A stretch of DNA of 63,974 nucleotides from positions 1-63,974 of the forward strand of contig CAYYKV010000001.1 in NCBI GenBank assembly GCA_964468605.1, in the 5' to 3' direction. Source of the DNA: an uncultured Terracidiphilus sp. Lineage in GTDB: Bacteria; Acidobacteriota; Terriglobia; Terriglobales; Acidobacteriaceae. Below the pieces are notes generated by a model. It was given only the letters and a program-made list of their open reading frames with translations. It was not told the DNA's origin and did not search any database. Of the stretch, positions 19,106-29,225 are shown piece by piece. Made by a program: the position numbers and the translations under genes. Positions within the stretch are counted from its first letter, which is position 1. Each line of letters starts with the position of its first letter.

Positions 19106-20115
19106 GACGCTTCGAGAGCGGGTTTCCCGTTCTCGTCCATCTTGCCAAAGATCATTTTGCCACTCGCGGTCTGCAGCACGCTGGTTACGGAGATGCCGAC
19201 GGAGCGCCCGATCAGCTTCCGTGCGTGATCCACCACCACCATCGTGCCATCATCCAGGTAGCCCACGCCCTGGTTGTACTCCTTGCCTTCTTTCAGGATC
19301 ACGACGTTCATGCGTTCGCCCGGCAGGACCACGGGCTTGAGGGCGTTGGCCAGGTCGTTGATGTTCAGAACGTCCACATGGTGCAGGTGAGCCACCTTGT
19401 TCAGGTTGAAGTCGTTGGTGACCACCTTGGCCTCCCACTTCTTGGCCAGCTCCAGCAGCTTCAGGTCCACTTCGCGGATAGAAGGGAAATCGTCGGGCAC
19501 AATCTGCACTCGGATCCTGTCGTTGGACTGCATGCGCTGCAGCATATCCAGGCCGCGGCGTCCGCGCTGGCGCTTCGACCCATCGGTGGAGTCGGCAACG
19601 ATCTGCAGTTCGCGCAGCACGAACTCCGGAACCACCAGCATGCCATCAATAAAGCCGGCCTCGGCGATGTCGGCGATGCGGCCGTCGATAATGACGCTCG
19701 TGTCCAGCACTTTGGCGCTGCGCCGCGTAGGCTTATCGCCCGAGAATACGGTGCCCAGCGCGGCAGGATTCAGCAGGTCGCCCTTGCTGGCGCCCACCAG
19801 CAGGCCCACATAGGTCATGAGAAACAGCACGAAGATTTGCAGGACTGCTGAGTTGGAGCTGGAGAGCGGAGCCGCGCGCAACACCAGGCAGAATAGCGCG
19901 GCGCCGACGATTCCGAGCACGCTGCCCACAACGGCGCCGATTAGTCGCCGCAGCGTGAGAGCCCTGACCCGCAACTCGAAGATGATGACAGCGCAGGCCG
20001 CGACCGCTCCCGCGATTGTGCCCTCCCAACCCGTCTGGAGTCCAAAGGGCCGAAGGAAGTAACAAACCGTGGCAAGCAATACGACAAAAAGAAGACGTAA
20101 AAGAACCAGGTCCAT
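19102..20115 (-). CDS. Membrane-anchored PIN/TRAM domain protein (YacL-like)
   Basis: 4 TM segments; LDTSVIIDGRI; RGRRGLD; TNDFNLNK; QGVGYLDDGTMVVV; SVLQTASGKMIF. Confidence 0.92.
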   Translation of the reverse strand: MDLVLLRLLFVVLLATVCYFLRPFGLQTGWEGTIAGAVAACAVIIFELRVRALTLRRLIGAVVGSVLGIVGAALFCLVLRAAPLSSSNSAVLQIFVLFLMTYVGLLVGASKGDLLNPAALGTVFSGDKPTRRSAKVLDTSVIIDGRIADIAEAGFIDGMLVVPEFVLRELQIVADSTDGSKRQRGRRGLDMLQRMQSNDRIRVQIVPDDFPSIREVDLKLLELAKKWEAKVVTNDFNLNKVAHLHHVDVLNINDLANALKPVVLPGERMNVVILKEGKEYNQGVGYLDDGTMVVVDHARKLIGRSVGISVTSVLQTASGKMIFGKMDENGKPALEAS

Positions 20116-20367
20116 ACGAACCAACTTTCACCGGCAGCTGTACGTTGCCGCCGGCCGATGGCTACCGATGGCGAGTATGCCCACTGCGATGCACCATCGT
20201 CAAGAGGGAAGCCGGGAAGGCTCGGAACCGGGAACAGGCAATACGGATTAGCCCGGAACTAATGGTCAATAGCCAATGGATAGTAGAAGAGCGCTATCTC
20301 GCGGATTCCGCGTCGAAATGAATCAAAAGCGACCGATTCAATTGGCGGCACGCGCAGGTCTTTTCTT

Positions 20368-20400
20368 CTATTCCCTGCTGGCTATTCCCTACTGGCTGTT
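20368..20400. repeat. 14-bp tandem repeat (paired heptamers)
   Basis: ctattccctgctgg ctattccctactgg ctgtt. Confidence 0.6.
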
Positions 20401-20404
20401 TTTC

Positions 20405-20830
20405 TCACGAAGCGGCAGCCAAAGCCTCATCTTGGTGGATACGCTGCGCGCCCTTGCGCGGGCCGCGCTTGCGCGCGCTCATCACTTTCACGCGCTCCAG
20501 CAGTTCCAGCGACGAGCAGCCCTTCCTCGCCATCACCGCATCGGCCACATGGATCTCTCCACCCGCCGCCTGCCCATCGGCGAGCAGGAGCATGGGCACG
20601 TGGGACCGCATGCGCTTGAGCCGCTCTGCAAGCTGAATTCCACTCATCTGGGGCATGTTGGTGTCGGCCAGGATTAGGTCGATTTGCGGCGTCGCCGAAA
20701 AAACGGCGATCGCCTCCTGGCCATTTGAGGCCGCCAGCACGCGGTAGCCATTCGTTGCCAGCGTGAACTTGAGCACGGAGAGCTCTTGTTCGTTGTCATC
20801 TACACAGAGAATCACTTTCTTTGGACGCAT
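20405..20830 (-). CDS. Single-domain response regulator with basic C-terminal tail
   Basis: ILCVDD; DLILADTNMPQMSG; tail ARKRGPRK. Confidence 0.88.
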   Translation of the reverse strand: MRPKKVILCVDDNEQELSVLKFTLATNGYRVLAASNGQEAIAVFSATPQIDLILADTNMPQMSGIQLAERLKRMRSHVPMLLLADGQAAGGEIHVADAVMARKGCSSLELLERVKVMSARKRGPRKGAQRIHQDEALAAAS

Positions 20831-21293
20831 GGTCTTGGGGTTGCTCCTGGGTTCAAATTCACTGACATGTTTCAAGGCAACAGTTGGATACCCGCCCGGT
20901 GCGCGGGTTCAAGTGTTCATGGTTTGGCCCGGTCCCCGGAGAAAGACGTGCTCACGTTATCTGGATCGATGCGACCGGCTTGCCGGAGAGGAGATCCGCA
21001 ACCCAGGAGGGCGCGGCTGCTCACACAACCGGCGACCGGCACAAGACCCTCCGCGGCTAAAGTCTAACTTCGCGGTCAAGTGCACAGCGGTTTGGCGCGC
21101 AATAGAACTGCAGAGGAAACGCGCCGAGGAATTGTCTGCAACGAATCGAAACATTACGAGTAACGGAGGTTCATGAAAAGAGGGAATAAGAAACGAAGAC
21201 GGCGCTGAAAATCCAACTGAAACAAATTGAAAACGCCTACTAACAACACACACCATCACTTGCGAAGATGAATTTCTGTTGAAACCATGTGCA

Positions 21294-22202
21294 TCACGGC
21301 AGGAAAAGCTGTCCTTTTGCTACAAGAACTGTGCTGCCCGCAACGCGCACATCGCGGACCCTCGCCGTTTCTCTGTTGGCGGAAAGGAAAAGATTGCTCG
21401 GTCGACCCATCTCCACACCTTGTCGCAGGTGCACCCGCTTGCCAGATGAAACTGCACCGCGAGCCACGAGATACGCGATGGCGCAACCGGCTGCCGAACC
21501 CGTGGCCGGATCCTCTCCGCCGTAGAACTGCATGCGTGCCCTGTACTTCGTTGCGTCCTGGTTTTGCTCGAGTGCAGGGGCAAAGACATAGAACCACCTT
21601 GCCCCTCGCTCGCGCAGCCACGCGGTAGCCTCCTCCTGATCCACCTTGAGGCGCGCCAGAGCCGCCTCGGAGCGAAGGGCCACAATGGCGAAGGCTGTTC
21701 CCGTCGAAACGACCTGTGGCGGCAAAGCAGGATCGAGGTCGTCCACCTCCAGACCTGCCAGCCGAGCGACAACCGTTGCATCCAGCTCTGCGCCGAACTC
21801 CGGATCCCGTTGGGTCATTTCACCGAAGACTCCCGTGGAGCCGCCAGCATTCTGCTCGAATCGCACGGGTACCGGCCCAATCTCGAGCGCCAGGGTCACC
21901 GTGTCGCCCTGCAATGTCTCCGGCGCCAGGGCCTTAAGCACTCCCGCCGTGCCCAGCGTGGGATGCCCGGCAAAGGGCAGCTCTTCGCGCGGAGTGAAGA
22001 TGCGCACGCGCACCCCCTCAGCCCGCTCGATCTCCGCCGGCCTGCGCTCGACAAACGTCGTCTCCGAGAGGTTGAACTCGCGCGCAATCGCCTGCATCCG
22101 CTCGGTGGCCAAGCCACACGTATTCATCACCACGGCCAGCGGATTTCCGGCCAGCGGCTCGGTGGTGAAAGCGTCTACGACAAAGTAATCGAGGTTCGGC
22201 AA
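21294..22202 (-). CDS. PhzF family phenazine-biosynthesis-like isomerase
   Basis: VDAFT..GNPLAV; NLSETTF; ELPFAGHPTLG; EDPATGSA; QGVEMGRPS. Confidence 0.92.
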   Translation of the reverse strand: MPNLDYFVVDAFTTEPLAGNPLAVVMNTCGLATERMQAIAREFNLSETTFVERRPAEIERAEGVRVRIFTPREELPFAGHPTLGTAGVLKALAPETLQGDTVTLALEIGPVPVRFEQNAGGSTGVFGEMTQRDPEFGAELDATVVARLAGLEVDDLDPALPPQVVSTGTAFAIVALRSEAALARLKVDQEEATAWLRERGARWFYVFAPALEQNQDATKYRARMQFYGGEDPATGSAAGCAIAYLVARGAVSSGKRVHLRQGVEMGRPSNLFLSANRETARVRDVRVAGSTVLVAKGQLFLP

Positions 22203-22369
22203 TGTCTTGCGTGCCTCCGTTGTGGATTGAGTGTACGATCAACTGGAATCCGGCGCACTTGTGGAAACGCGCGCTCCTGTGGAAACGCTCATTGGACGTT
22301 GACGATGAAGGAATTATTTGCTGCCGCATCGATCATCGACGCCGCAAGCCTTACAAAGGCGAGAGCGGG

Positions 22370-22397
22370 CCACTGATCACTGACAACTGACCCCTGA
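22370..22397. repeat. Heptamer tandem repeat (cactga-type), 4 units
   Basis: ccactga tcactga caactga cccctga. Confidence 0.7.
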
Positions 22398-22406
22398 AAA
22401 ATGTCG

Positions 22407-22658
22407 TCAGAGCTGGATCAGCGGCCGCGGCTGCCGGATTCGGGAGCGATCGAGGAACAGCCTCAAGCGGAGAGCTTCGGCGCGTTCAACGGCCACAAGG
22501 CGCATCTGACGGCGCACGTGGTCGATGTCATCCAGCCGGTCCAATTGCGCTTCGTCGTGATCGGCGTCGCGTTCCAGCCGAGCGATGCGCTCTTCAATGG
22601 TTTGACGGAACCGCGGACTGATCTCGAATCCATCTTGGGCAGCGCATTGGATCGTCAT
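22407..22658 (-). CDS. Small hypothetical, charged helical protein
   Basis: GAGGTG RBS before MTIQ; coiled-coil-like EERIARLERDAD. Confidence 0.6.
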   Translation of the reverse strand: MTIQCAAQDGFEISPRFRQTIEERIARLERDADHDEAQLDRLDDIDHVRRQMRLVAVERAEALRLRLFLDRSRIRQPRPLIQL

Positions 22659-22878
22659 TGAAGGACACCTCGAAGCGGGAATCACTGAAGTCGAAGTTTT
22701 TTCTCCCGCGACCTCAAGTTTCCTTTATTGCTGCCGATACTACAGAAGCGCCCTTCCCTGCGCCAGATTACGGCGTCGCGCAACTTCCGTAACCCACTGT
22801 CCAAAATTGCTACAGTTCGCAGTTTCTTGGGCGCGTTCAGATAAGGGCCCGAACGACGCGTCAGCAACCGTGCGCTGA

Positions 22879-22906
22879 GAACTGTGAACTCTGAACTTCG
22901 AACTGT
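22879..22906. repeat. Heptamer tandem repeat (gaact..), 4 units
   Basis: gaactgt gaactct gaacttc gaactgt. Confidence 0.7.
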
Positions 22907-22908
22907 CT

Positions 22909-23787
22909 TCACCTCTCCGCCACAACCCCCAACTCAATTTGGGTTCCATCCTCGAATTGAATGTTCTTGAGTGAACACAGTAGCACGCCTGAAGACGAGC
23001 TGTTGCCAGCGAGCATCACGCCAGGAATGCCCGTCGGACGGGGCCGGGCGCGAGCTGCCGCAACACCGTGAGCGCCGGCATCTACGCTCAAATCGCCGCT
23101 TTCCCCCGCTCCTGTGTTTACCGCTGAACCCGGATTGCGATTCGCTCTGTCGCTCGCTGAACTGGCCCCATCTGTGGTCCGGTCAACTGCGCCGCCTCGC
23201 AGACCGCCGGTGCCGTTCGTCATTCCTCCGCCTCGGCCATAGGCTGGACCGTCGCCGACGTCCACCCTTTCGCCGCCACTCATGGGCATGCCAATCATTC
23301 CGTCGTCGCTCCTCGAACTCGCGGCCAAGGCGCTGGCGCTCGGGTTCACCCCGCGGATCAACGAGTAAATTGCAATGCTCTGCCCGTTCTTCAACTCCGC
23401 GTGATCGAACGCAATGGCGATTCGCGCCGGCCCATGATCCGTGTCGTACGCCTGCGCCTCGATGATGTGCCCCACCAGCCGTGAGCCTTTCGGAATCACG
23501 GTGCCGTCGGAGGTCTGTACCTTCTCTGCGGTCTTGAGCACAATGCGATCGCCCACTTTGGCCGTCTTTGAATCCAGCTTGCCTTCAAGCTCGCCGGTGA
23601 CCAAATTCATCTCATAGGCGTGCGAGGCTGCCAGATCGCCGAATCCTCCAGCGGCCGGTGCGTAGGTCACCTTTGCGGGGTCATTCGCCGATGAGTTTGC
23701 ATTCGCGTCTGCGCCGGAGTCTTGCGCCAGGAGGGGAATGCCGGTAAGCGTGGCGATGGTCACCGCGAGGGTGATTGCGGTCTTCAT
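22909..23787 (-). CDS. Secreted hypothetical protein (TrbI/VirB10-like beta-rich signature)
   Basis: Signal peptide MKTAITLAV; LDSKTAKVGD..IPKGSRLVGHI..IAFD; Gly-rich linker. Confidence 0.7.
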   Translation of the reverse strand: MKTAITLAVTIATLTGIPLLAQDSGADANANSSANDPAKVTYAPAAGGFGDLAASHAYEMNLVTGELEGKLDSKTAKVGDRIVLKTAEKVQTSDGTVIPKGSRLVGHIIEAQAYDTDHGPARIAIAFDHAELKNGQSIAIYSLIRGVNPSASALAASSRSDDGMIGMPMSGGERVDVGDGPAYGRGGGMTNGTGGLRGGAVDRTTDGASSASDRANRNPGSAVNTGAGESGDLSVDAGAHGVAAARARPRPTGIPGVMLAGNSSSSGVLLCSLKNIQFEDGTQIELGVVAER

Positions 23788-23852
23788 TCGGTGATCCTTT
23801 TGAAAGCCCCGTCCGCGTCCAGGCCGGAGGATCAAATGCGGTGTAGGGATTC

Positions 23853-24920
23853 TTAGTTTCCCGGCGACGGTGCGTAGTAGCCCTTGCGCACCTGCACTTT
23901 CAGATTTTCGCCGTTATCGCCGTGACATTCCAACCCGATGTGCCGGAATGACCCGTCCTGCTTGGTATTGCTGGGGGTGTAACTGGCCACGTACTGCGTC
24001 CGCAGCTCGGCTTCGATCTGTTGAAACGCTGCTTGCAACTTGGTGCCGTTGTTGCCGACGTCTATCAGCCGGCCTCCACTCTCGTCCGAGATCTGTTTTG
24101 CCGGGGAATAGCCGTAATAGCCCTCTCCCTGGCTCCAGTACATGGCCCGGTCGGCAATCAGGATCACGTAAATGATGACGTTGTTTCTTTCCGCAGCGGC
24201 GATGGCGTCGCGGATCTTGTGATCGCTGCCCTCATCCTCGCCATCCGTCAGGATAATCAGCGCCTTGCGGCCGCTCTCCTGGTTGAGTTTGTTGTTCGTG
24301 GCTTCGTAAATGGCGTCATAGAGCACCGTGCCCTTGGGATCGCTGATGGGGACCGGGCCGCCGCCGAGCCCGGGAGGGCCCAGAGATCCGCCGCCTATGT
24401 TGATCTGCGCTTTGTCCATGGCGCGCGCCAGCATGTGGGGACTGTTGGTAAAGTCCTGCAGCAGGTCGATATTCACATCGAATGAGGCCAGAAAGGCTTC
24501 ATCCTGTTTCCGCAAAACCTGCTCCAAAAATTGGCTGCCAGCCTGTTGTTCCAGCGGCAGCACGCGCTGCTGGCTGCCCGAGGTGTCGAGCAGAATGCCC
24601 AAGGTAAGGGGCTGGTCGGTTTCCGCCACAAAGCTCTTGAACGTCTGCGGCGTCTTGTCCTCGGTCACCTGGCACTCATTGCGGGTGAGATGCGGAATCA
24701 GGGTTCCGCTCTTGTCCTTGACGGTGAAGAACAGGTCGACGAGGTTCACTTGCACCTTGAGGGTCTCCATCGGCGTATCTTCCGGTGGAGGAGCCGGCGC
24801 AGTGCTCACCGGAGCCCCGTCGGGCGACGGCGCAAGCTGAGCCCATCCTGGCGTCGCCAATACCAGCAAGCCGACCAAAAACGCTGCCCATCCGTATATG
24901 GGGAAACACCCTAAGCGCAT
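23853..24920 (-). CDS. Acidobacterial VWA domain protein
   Basis: LKVQVNLVDLFFTVKD; MIDAS DTSGS; TVLYDA; LTDGED; ELRTQY..YTPSN..RKGYYAP. Confidence 0.9.
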   Translation of the reverse strand: MRLGCFPIYGWAAFLVGLLVLATPGWAQLAPSPDGAPVSTAPAPPPEDTPMETLKVQVNLVDLFFTVKDKSGTLIPHLTRNECQVTEDKTPQTFKSFVAETDQPLTLGILLDTSGSQQRVLPLEQQAGSQFLEQVLRKQDEAFLASFDVNIDLLQDFTNSPHMLARAMDKAQINIGGGSLGPPGLGGGPVPISDPKGTVLYDAIYEATNNKLNQESGRKALIILTDGEDEGSDHKIRDAIAAAERNNVIIYVILIADRAMYWSQGEGYYGYSPAKQISDESGGRLIDVGNNGTKLQAAFQQIEAELRTQYVASYTPSNTKQDGSFRHIGLECHGDNGENLKVQVRKGYYAPSPGN

Positions 24921-25106
24921 GATGCTCCGTTAGACGAAAACTGAACTCCTAAGAGAGCATAACGCGCCTGTTTGCGGCCCGGCCCGAGTATAGAAAGGCA
25001 ACCTAGGTGCCTTTGCCGCGTCTGATACTCTGTCAATTGCTGCCTTACGGGCATGTGTTGTGTTTTTGGCAGCGCCTGTGAAGGGCTTTGGGAGGACAAC
25101 TTCGCG

Positions 25107-26429
25107 GTGAAAGGGTGGAAGTCAGTTGCGCCTGCGGGGCTGCTGGGTTTGGGGCTGTTTTTGGCTTCAGGAGTTGTGGCCCAACAGCAACAGCCTCCCG
25201 TTCCCGATGCGCCCACGCCGCAAGCTCCGCCGCCGCTTCCAGGAATAAACGGGGCGATCACGCCCGGGAGCGGCAACGCGGAGACTCCTGCCATTCCCAA
25301 TCCCACTCCCGCCGCGGGCCCGGTAGAGGCTGGCCCCGATCAACCGGCTGCACCTCCGAGCCAGGAGCCTGCGGTCGATCAGCAGCAAGCTCCGCCGCAG
25401 GCCACTCCACCTAAAGAAGGCAATGCCGCAATGGCAACGTTCCGCGTGCAGGTCAACTTCGTCCAGGTTCCAGTCACGGTAAAGGATTCCAAAGGCAACC
25501 TGGTATCGGGGCTCACGTGGCGCGACTTCACCGTCTACGAGGGGAACACCCGCGAGCCGCTGCGCGTGTTTAGCGTGGATCCTCAGCCACTCTCCATCGC
25601 TTTTGTGATCGATCAAACACTTCCCTCGAACATCATGTCTCAGGTGAACAACTCCATGGGCTCCATCCAAGGTGCTCTAGCGCCCTATGACGAGGCTGCA
25701 GTCTTCACCTACGCCAATGGCCCCAAAGAGTGGACGGGCTTTACCGGCGCGCAGAGCGCCCGCTTGCCTGCCGTACTTTCATTAGCGCAGGCGACTGGCA
25801 GCGACCCGATGGTCCCTGACCCAAGTTCTCCGTTCTCGGCTTGCGCAATTTCGATCAACGGAAATTGCCCCGACCCGAACCTCCAGCCAGGCAAGTCGAC
25901 GCAGACGATTGGGGAACTCAATCTTCCCAAAGAGATTCACACCCTGAACGACGCCATCCTGGCCGCTGCCAAGGAGCTTTCCACGCGTCCCAAGGACCGC
26001 CGCCGCATCATCTTCGTTATCTCCGACGGCAAGGAGTACGGCAGTAAGGCCACCTGGAAGGAAGTCGTGCGCTACCTGCAAACCAACAAGATCGCCGTTT
26101 TCGGAACGTTGGTGGGTGACACGGCGCACTGGGGTGGGGAATGGGTTGACCGCATCCACATCCCCCTCACAGGTGTCTACGACAACATCCTTTACAGGTA
26201 CACTGCCGAGACAGGCGGCGATTACTATGCCGAGGGCAGCGTGAACGGAATCGAGCGAAGCTACACCCGAATTGCCGAAGAGGCCCGCAACCAATACACG
26301 CTGGGCTACCTGACCAGCGAGTCGTTCTACGACGACAAATTCCGCCCCATCGATGTGCGAGTAGACCGGCCTAACGTTACAGTGATCGCCAAGCGCGGTT
26401 ATTATCCTTCCGCGCAGGATTACAAGTAA
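25107..26429 (+). CDS. Acidobacterial VWA domain protein (degenerate MIDAS)
   Basis: FRVQVNFVQVPVTVKD; DQTLP instead of DxSxS; ISDGKE; RNQYTLGY..KRGYYP; GGAGG RBS. Confidence 0.88.
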   Translation: MKGWKSVAPAGLLGLGLFLASGVVAQQQQPPVPDAPTPQAPPPLPGINGAITPGSGNAETPAIPNPTPAAGPVEAGPDQPAAPPSQEPAVDQQQAPPQATPPKEGNAAMATFRVQVNFVQVPVTVKDSKGNLVSGLTWRDFTVYEGNTREPLRVFSVDPQPLSIAFVIDQTLPSNIMSQVNNSMGSIQGALAPYDEAAVFTYANGPKEWTGFTGAQSARLPAVLSLAQATGSDPMVPDPSSPFSACAISINGNCPDPNLQPGKSTQTIGELNLPKEIHTLNDAILAAAKELSTRPKDRRRIIFVISDGKEYGSKATWKEVVRYLQTNKIAVFGTLVGDTAHWGGEWVDRIHIPLTGVYDNILYRYTAETGGDYYAEGSVNGIERSYTRIAEEARNQYTLGYLTSESFYDDKFRPIDVRVDRPNVTVIAKRGYYPSAQDYK

Positions 26430-26460
26430 GCCTGCGCCGCTTTTCAGCCTCATGAACGCG

Positions 26461-26486
26461 AAAGCCCGTGCGTAGCACAGGCTTTT
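26461..26486. terminator. Putative bidirectional intrinsic terminator
   Basis: AAAGCCCGTGC-GTA-GCACAGGCTTTT hairpin between convergent genes. Confidence 0.6.
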
Positions 26487-26589
26487 GTGTTTCGCTTAAA
26501 GTTGTAGCGCCTTGAATCGCGAATTTGGACGATGCGGCACAGCCCGAAGTCGCCGTGTTGGCTGCTAAGGCAGCGTCGATTCCAGCGTC

Positions 26590-26820
26590 TTATTTAGGCT
26601 CGACCGGTGCGTTCGAAGCCGCAGGCGGGGGTGGTGTGTTCTGCTGCTGAGCAGGCGGCGCTGGCGGTGGCGGATCGGGTGTGCCTTTTATTCCCTCGCG
26701 GAAGCCCTTCAATCCCTCGCCCAATCCTTTGCCCAGCTCCGGCAACCGCTTGGCCCCGAACAGCACAAACGCAAGGATGGCCAGCACGACGATGTGCCAC
26801 GGCTGAAGTAGATCGCCCAT
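26590..26820 (-). CDS. tatA: Twin-arginine translocase TatA/TatE subunit
   Basis: TM helix-FGAKRLPELGKGLGEGLKGFREG. Confidence 0.93.
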   Translation of the reverse strand: MGDLLQPWHIVVLAILAFVLFGAKRLPELGKGLGEGLKGFREGIKGTPDPPPPAPPAQQQNTPPPPAASNAPVEPK

Positions 26821-26949
26821 CGATATTCCTCCGCGCGCTAAACCATATGCTGCGCGCTATTTCAACTCTCTATTGTCGCACAAACCCGCAGCAGGATGCT
26901 CTTTGACGGGCAGATGTGGCAGACTGGGAAGAATCATGGAGGTCTCTCA

Positions 26950-27447
26950 ATGAAGACCGTCAAGCTGCTCGCCCTGGCGGGATTACTGGCGCTCGGCGGC
27001 GCCGCGGCCAAGTCCGCCGGCCGTGACATCTATCCCGATCCTTCCCAAGCCAGGGCCGACCTTGCCGCTGCCCTTAAAACGGCCGCTGCGACGCACCGCC
27101 GCATTCTTCTGGACTTTGGCGGCAACTGGTGCGGTGACTGTCAGGTGCTGGATCTTTACATGCACGACAGCAAGAACCAGCCTTTAATTGAGTCGAACTT
27201 CGTCGTGGTCCACATCAACATCGGCCATTTCGACGCCAATCAGGACATCGCCGAAAAGTATGAGGTTCCCCTCAAAAAAGGCGTGCCCGCGCTGGCCATC
27301 CTGAGCGAGCACGGCGCGCTGCTTTACAGCCAGAAGAACGGCGAGTTTGAAGCCATGCGGCGCATGGAGTCGTCGGCGCTGACCGAGTTCTTGGTGCAAT
27401 GGAGACCCGCGCGTCCGGGATGCTCGGCTGTTGTGGTCAACTGCTAG
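26950..27447 (+). CDS. Exported thioredoxin family protein
   Basis: Signal peptide; DFGGNWCGDC; GVPAL. Confidence 0.88.
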   Translation: MKTVKLLALAGLLALGGAAAKSAGRDIYPDPSQARADLAAALKTAAATHRRILLDFGGNWCGDCQVLDLYMHDSKNQPLIESNFVVVHINIGHFDANQDIAEKYEVPLKKGVPALAILSEHGALLYSQKNGEFEAMRRMESSALTEFLVQWRPARPGCSAVVVNC

Positions 27448-27495
27448 AGCGCATCCAAACGGCACGGCCAAACGCGCCGCCCCAAAGGAGACTCG

Positions 27496-28074
27496 ATGCA
27501 CCCGGTCGATGACAACGACGGCCATGGCGCAGATCGCTCCATCACTACGCTTTCAAGCCGTGAGGTCTACCGCAATAGCTGGATGCGCGTGCGCGAAGAC
27601 GAGATCCTGCGCTCCAATGGCCAAAAGGGCATCTATGGCGTGGTAGAGAAGCACGACGGAGCCATCATTCTGCCCATCGACGACGGGCGCATCTGGCTGG
27701 TGGAACAGTATCGCTACACCATACAAGAGCGTGCTCTGGAGCTGCCCCAGGGCAGTTGGGAGGAGTCGATCGAAGATCCCGAGGAACTGGCGCGCGGCGA
27801 GTTGCAGGAAGAGCTCGGACTTAATGCCACGCAAATGATTCAACTTGGCAACTTGTGGATTGCCTACGGCTTCGCGCGCCAGCGCCAGCATGTGTTTCTG
27901 GCATCGGGTCTCTCGCCGGCGGAGAAAAACCCCGACGCCGAAGAGCACGATTTGGTGAGTCATTCCGCTTCTATTTCGGATTTTGAGCGCATGATGCTCG
28001 ACGGGACGATCAGGGACCAATGCACGCTAGCGGCTTGGGGCTTGTATCTGCTTTGGAAGGCTCGGCAAGGGTAA
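27496..28074 (+). CDS. NUDIX hydrolase (ADP-ribose pyrophosphatase-like)
   Basis: VEQYRY; ELPQG..EDPEELARGELQEELG Nudix box. Confidence 0.88.
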   Translation: MHPVDDNDGHGADRSITTLSSREVYRNSWMRVREDEILRSNGQKGIYGVVEKHDGAIILPIDDGRIWLVEQYRYTIQERALELPQGSWEESIEDPEELARGELQEELGLNATQMIQLGNLWIAYGFARQRQHVFLASGLSPAEKNPDAEEHDLVSHSASISDFERMMLDGTIRDQCTLAAWGLYLLWKARQG

Positions 28075-28116
28075 GCCACCTGCTCATCCCGCCTCTTCAG
28101 ACGCCGCCATCCGGCG

Positions 28117-28159
28117 CGTGACTCGCGTCACAAGCCAAAACCCGCAATTCCTGAATAAT
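28117..28159 (+). promoter_or_regulatory. CRP-type box plus -10 element (class II promoter) upstream of nfnAB
   Basis: CGTGA-ctcgcg-TCACA at 28117-28132; AATAAT at 28154-28159 puts the box centre at -41.5. Confidence 0.65.
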
Positions 28160-28295
28160 CAAGCCTGAACGAGCAGCACGGAACGACCTTCGCGCTGGCG
28201 CGCGGGTGCGCATGGGTTCTGTGCGAGGAGCAATCCGCCTTGGTCCAAGGCTCCGGAACGTGAAACAGGGATCGAAGCGAAGCGCGAGACAAACC

Positions 28296-29225
28296 ATGTT
28301 CAAGATCGTTGAAGCCTGCACCGCCGGTCTCAATATCCGGCAGCTTATCGTTTTGGCGCCGCGTATCGCACGCAAGCAGCGGCCAGGGCAATTCGTCATC
28401 CTGCGGCTTCACGACCAGGGCGAGCGGATTCCTCTCACTATCAAGAGCGCCGATCCCGCGACCGGCACCATCACTATCGTTGTGCAAGCCGTCGGCAAGA
28501 CAACTTCGCTGCTCAACTCGCTTGAGGCGGGCGACTCAATTCTCGATGTCGTCGGTCCTCTGGGCCGGCCCTCCGAGATACGGAACTACGGAACGGCCGT
28601 GATTTTGGCCGGAAGCGTGGGCACTGCCATGGCGCTGCCTACAGCCAACGCGCTTCGTGAGGCCGGCAATCACGTCATCTTCATTGAAGGCGCTCGCAGC
28701 AAAGAGATGGTGGTCTTTGAAGACGAGGTACGCTCCGCAAGCCATGAGGCGTACCTACTCACAGATGACGGCAGCTACGGCGAACGGGGCCTCGTTACGA
28801 AGAAGCTCAATGAGTTGCTCGCTGGCGGCCGCAAGCTCGACTTCGTGCTCGCCGTAGGTCCTGTGCCCATGATGCGCGCAGTGGCCGAAATCACCGCGCC
28901 GCTGGGCATCAAAACCATGGTCAGCCTGAATTCGATCATGGTCGACGGCACAGGGATGTGCGGAGGCTGCCGCGTGCTTTTGGGTAGTCAGAGCAAGTTT
29001 GCCTGCGTCGACGGGCCGGAGTTCGACGCTTCGCTTGTGAATTTTGACGTGCTGTTGCAGCGCAACGCCATGTATCGCGGCCAGGAGTGCCAGTCCCTGA
29101 AAGAGTTTGAGCGGCATAAGCAGGAGGAACTCGTCGCACTGCGCGCCGCGCTGGCCACCAAAGAGAAAGAGGCGGCGCAACTGCGCGCAAGGCTCGAAGC
29201 ACAGGGGGAGAAGAGTCATGCCTGA
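28296..29225 (+). CDS. nfnA: NADH-dependent ferredoxin:NADP oxidoreductase small subunit (NfnA/SudB-like)
   Basis: PGQFVILR..GERIPLTI; VVGPLG; SLNSIMVDGTGMCGGCRV..ACVDGPEFD [2Fe-2S] motif. Confidence 0.88.
   Translation: MFKIVEACTAGLNIRQLIVLAPRIARKQRPGQFVILRLHDQGERIPLTIKSADPATGTITIVVQAVGKTTSLLNSLEAGDSILDVVGPLGRPSEIRNYGTAVILAGSVGTAMALPTANALREAGNHVIFIEGARSKEMVVFEDEVRSASHEAYLLTDDGSYGERGLVTKKLNELLAGGRKLDFVLAVGPVPMMRAVAEITAPLGIKTMVSLNSIMVDGTGMCGGCRVLLGSQSKFACVDGPEFDASLVNFDVLLQRNAMYRGQECQSLKEFERHKQEELVALRAALATKEKEAAQLRARLEAQGEKSHA

Noticed and set aside
21294-22202. Phenazine biosynthesis supplying an electron shuttle
   Set aside because: Lone PhzF-like genes are widespread, and no other phz genes are present.
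22686-22880. Riboswitch upstream of the small 22407-22658 gene
   Set aside because: No recognisable aptamer consensus by eye; an Rfam scan would be needed.
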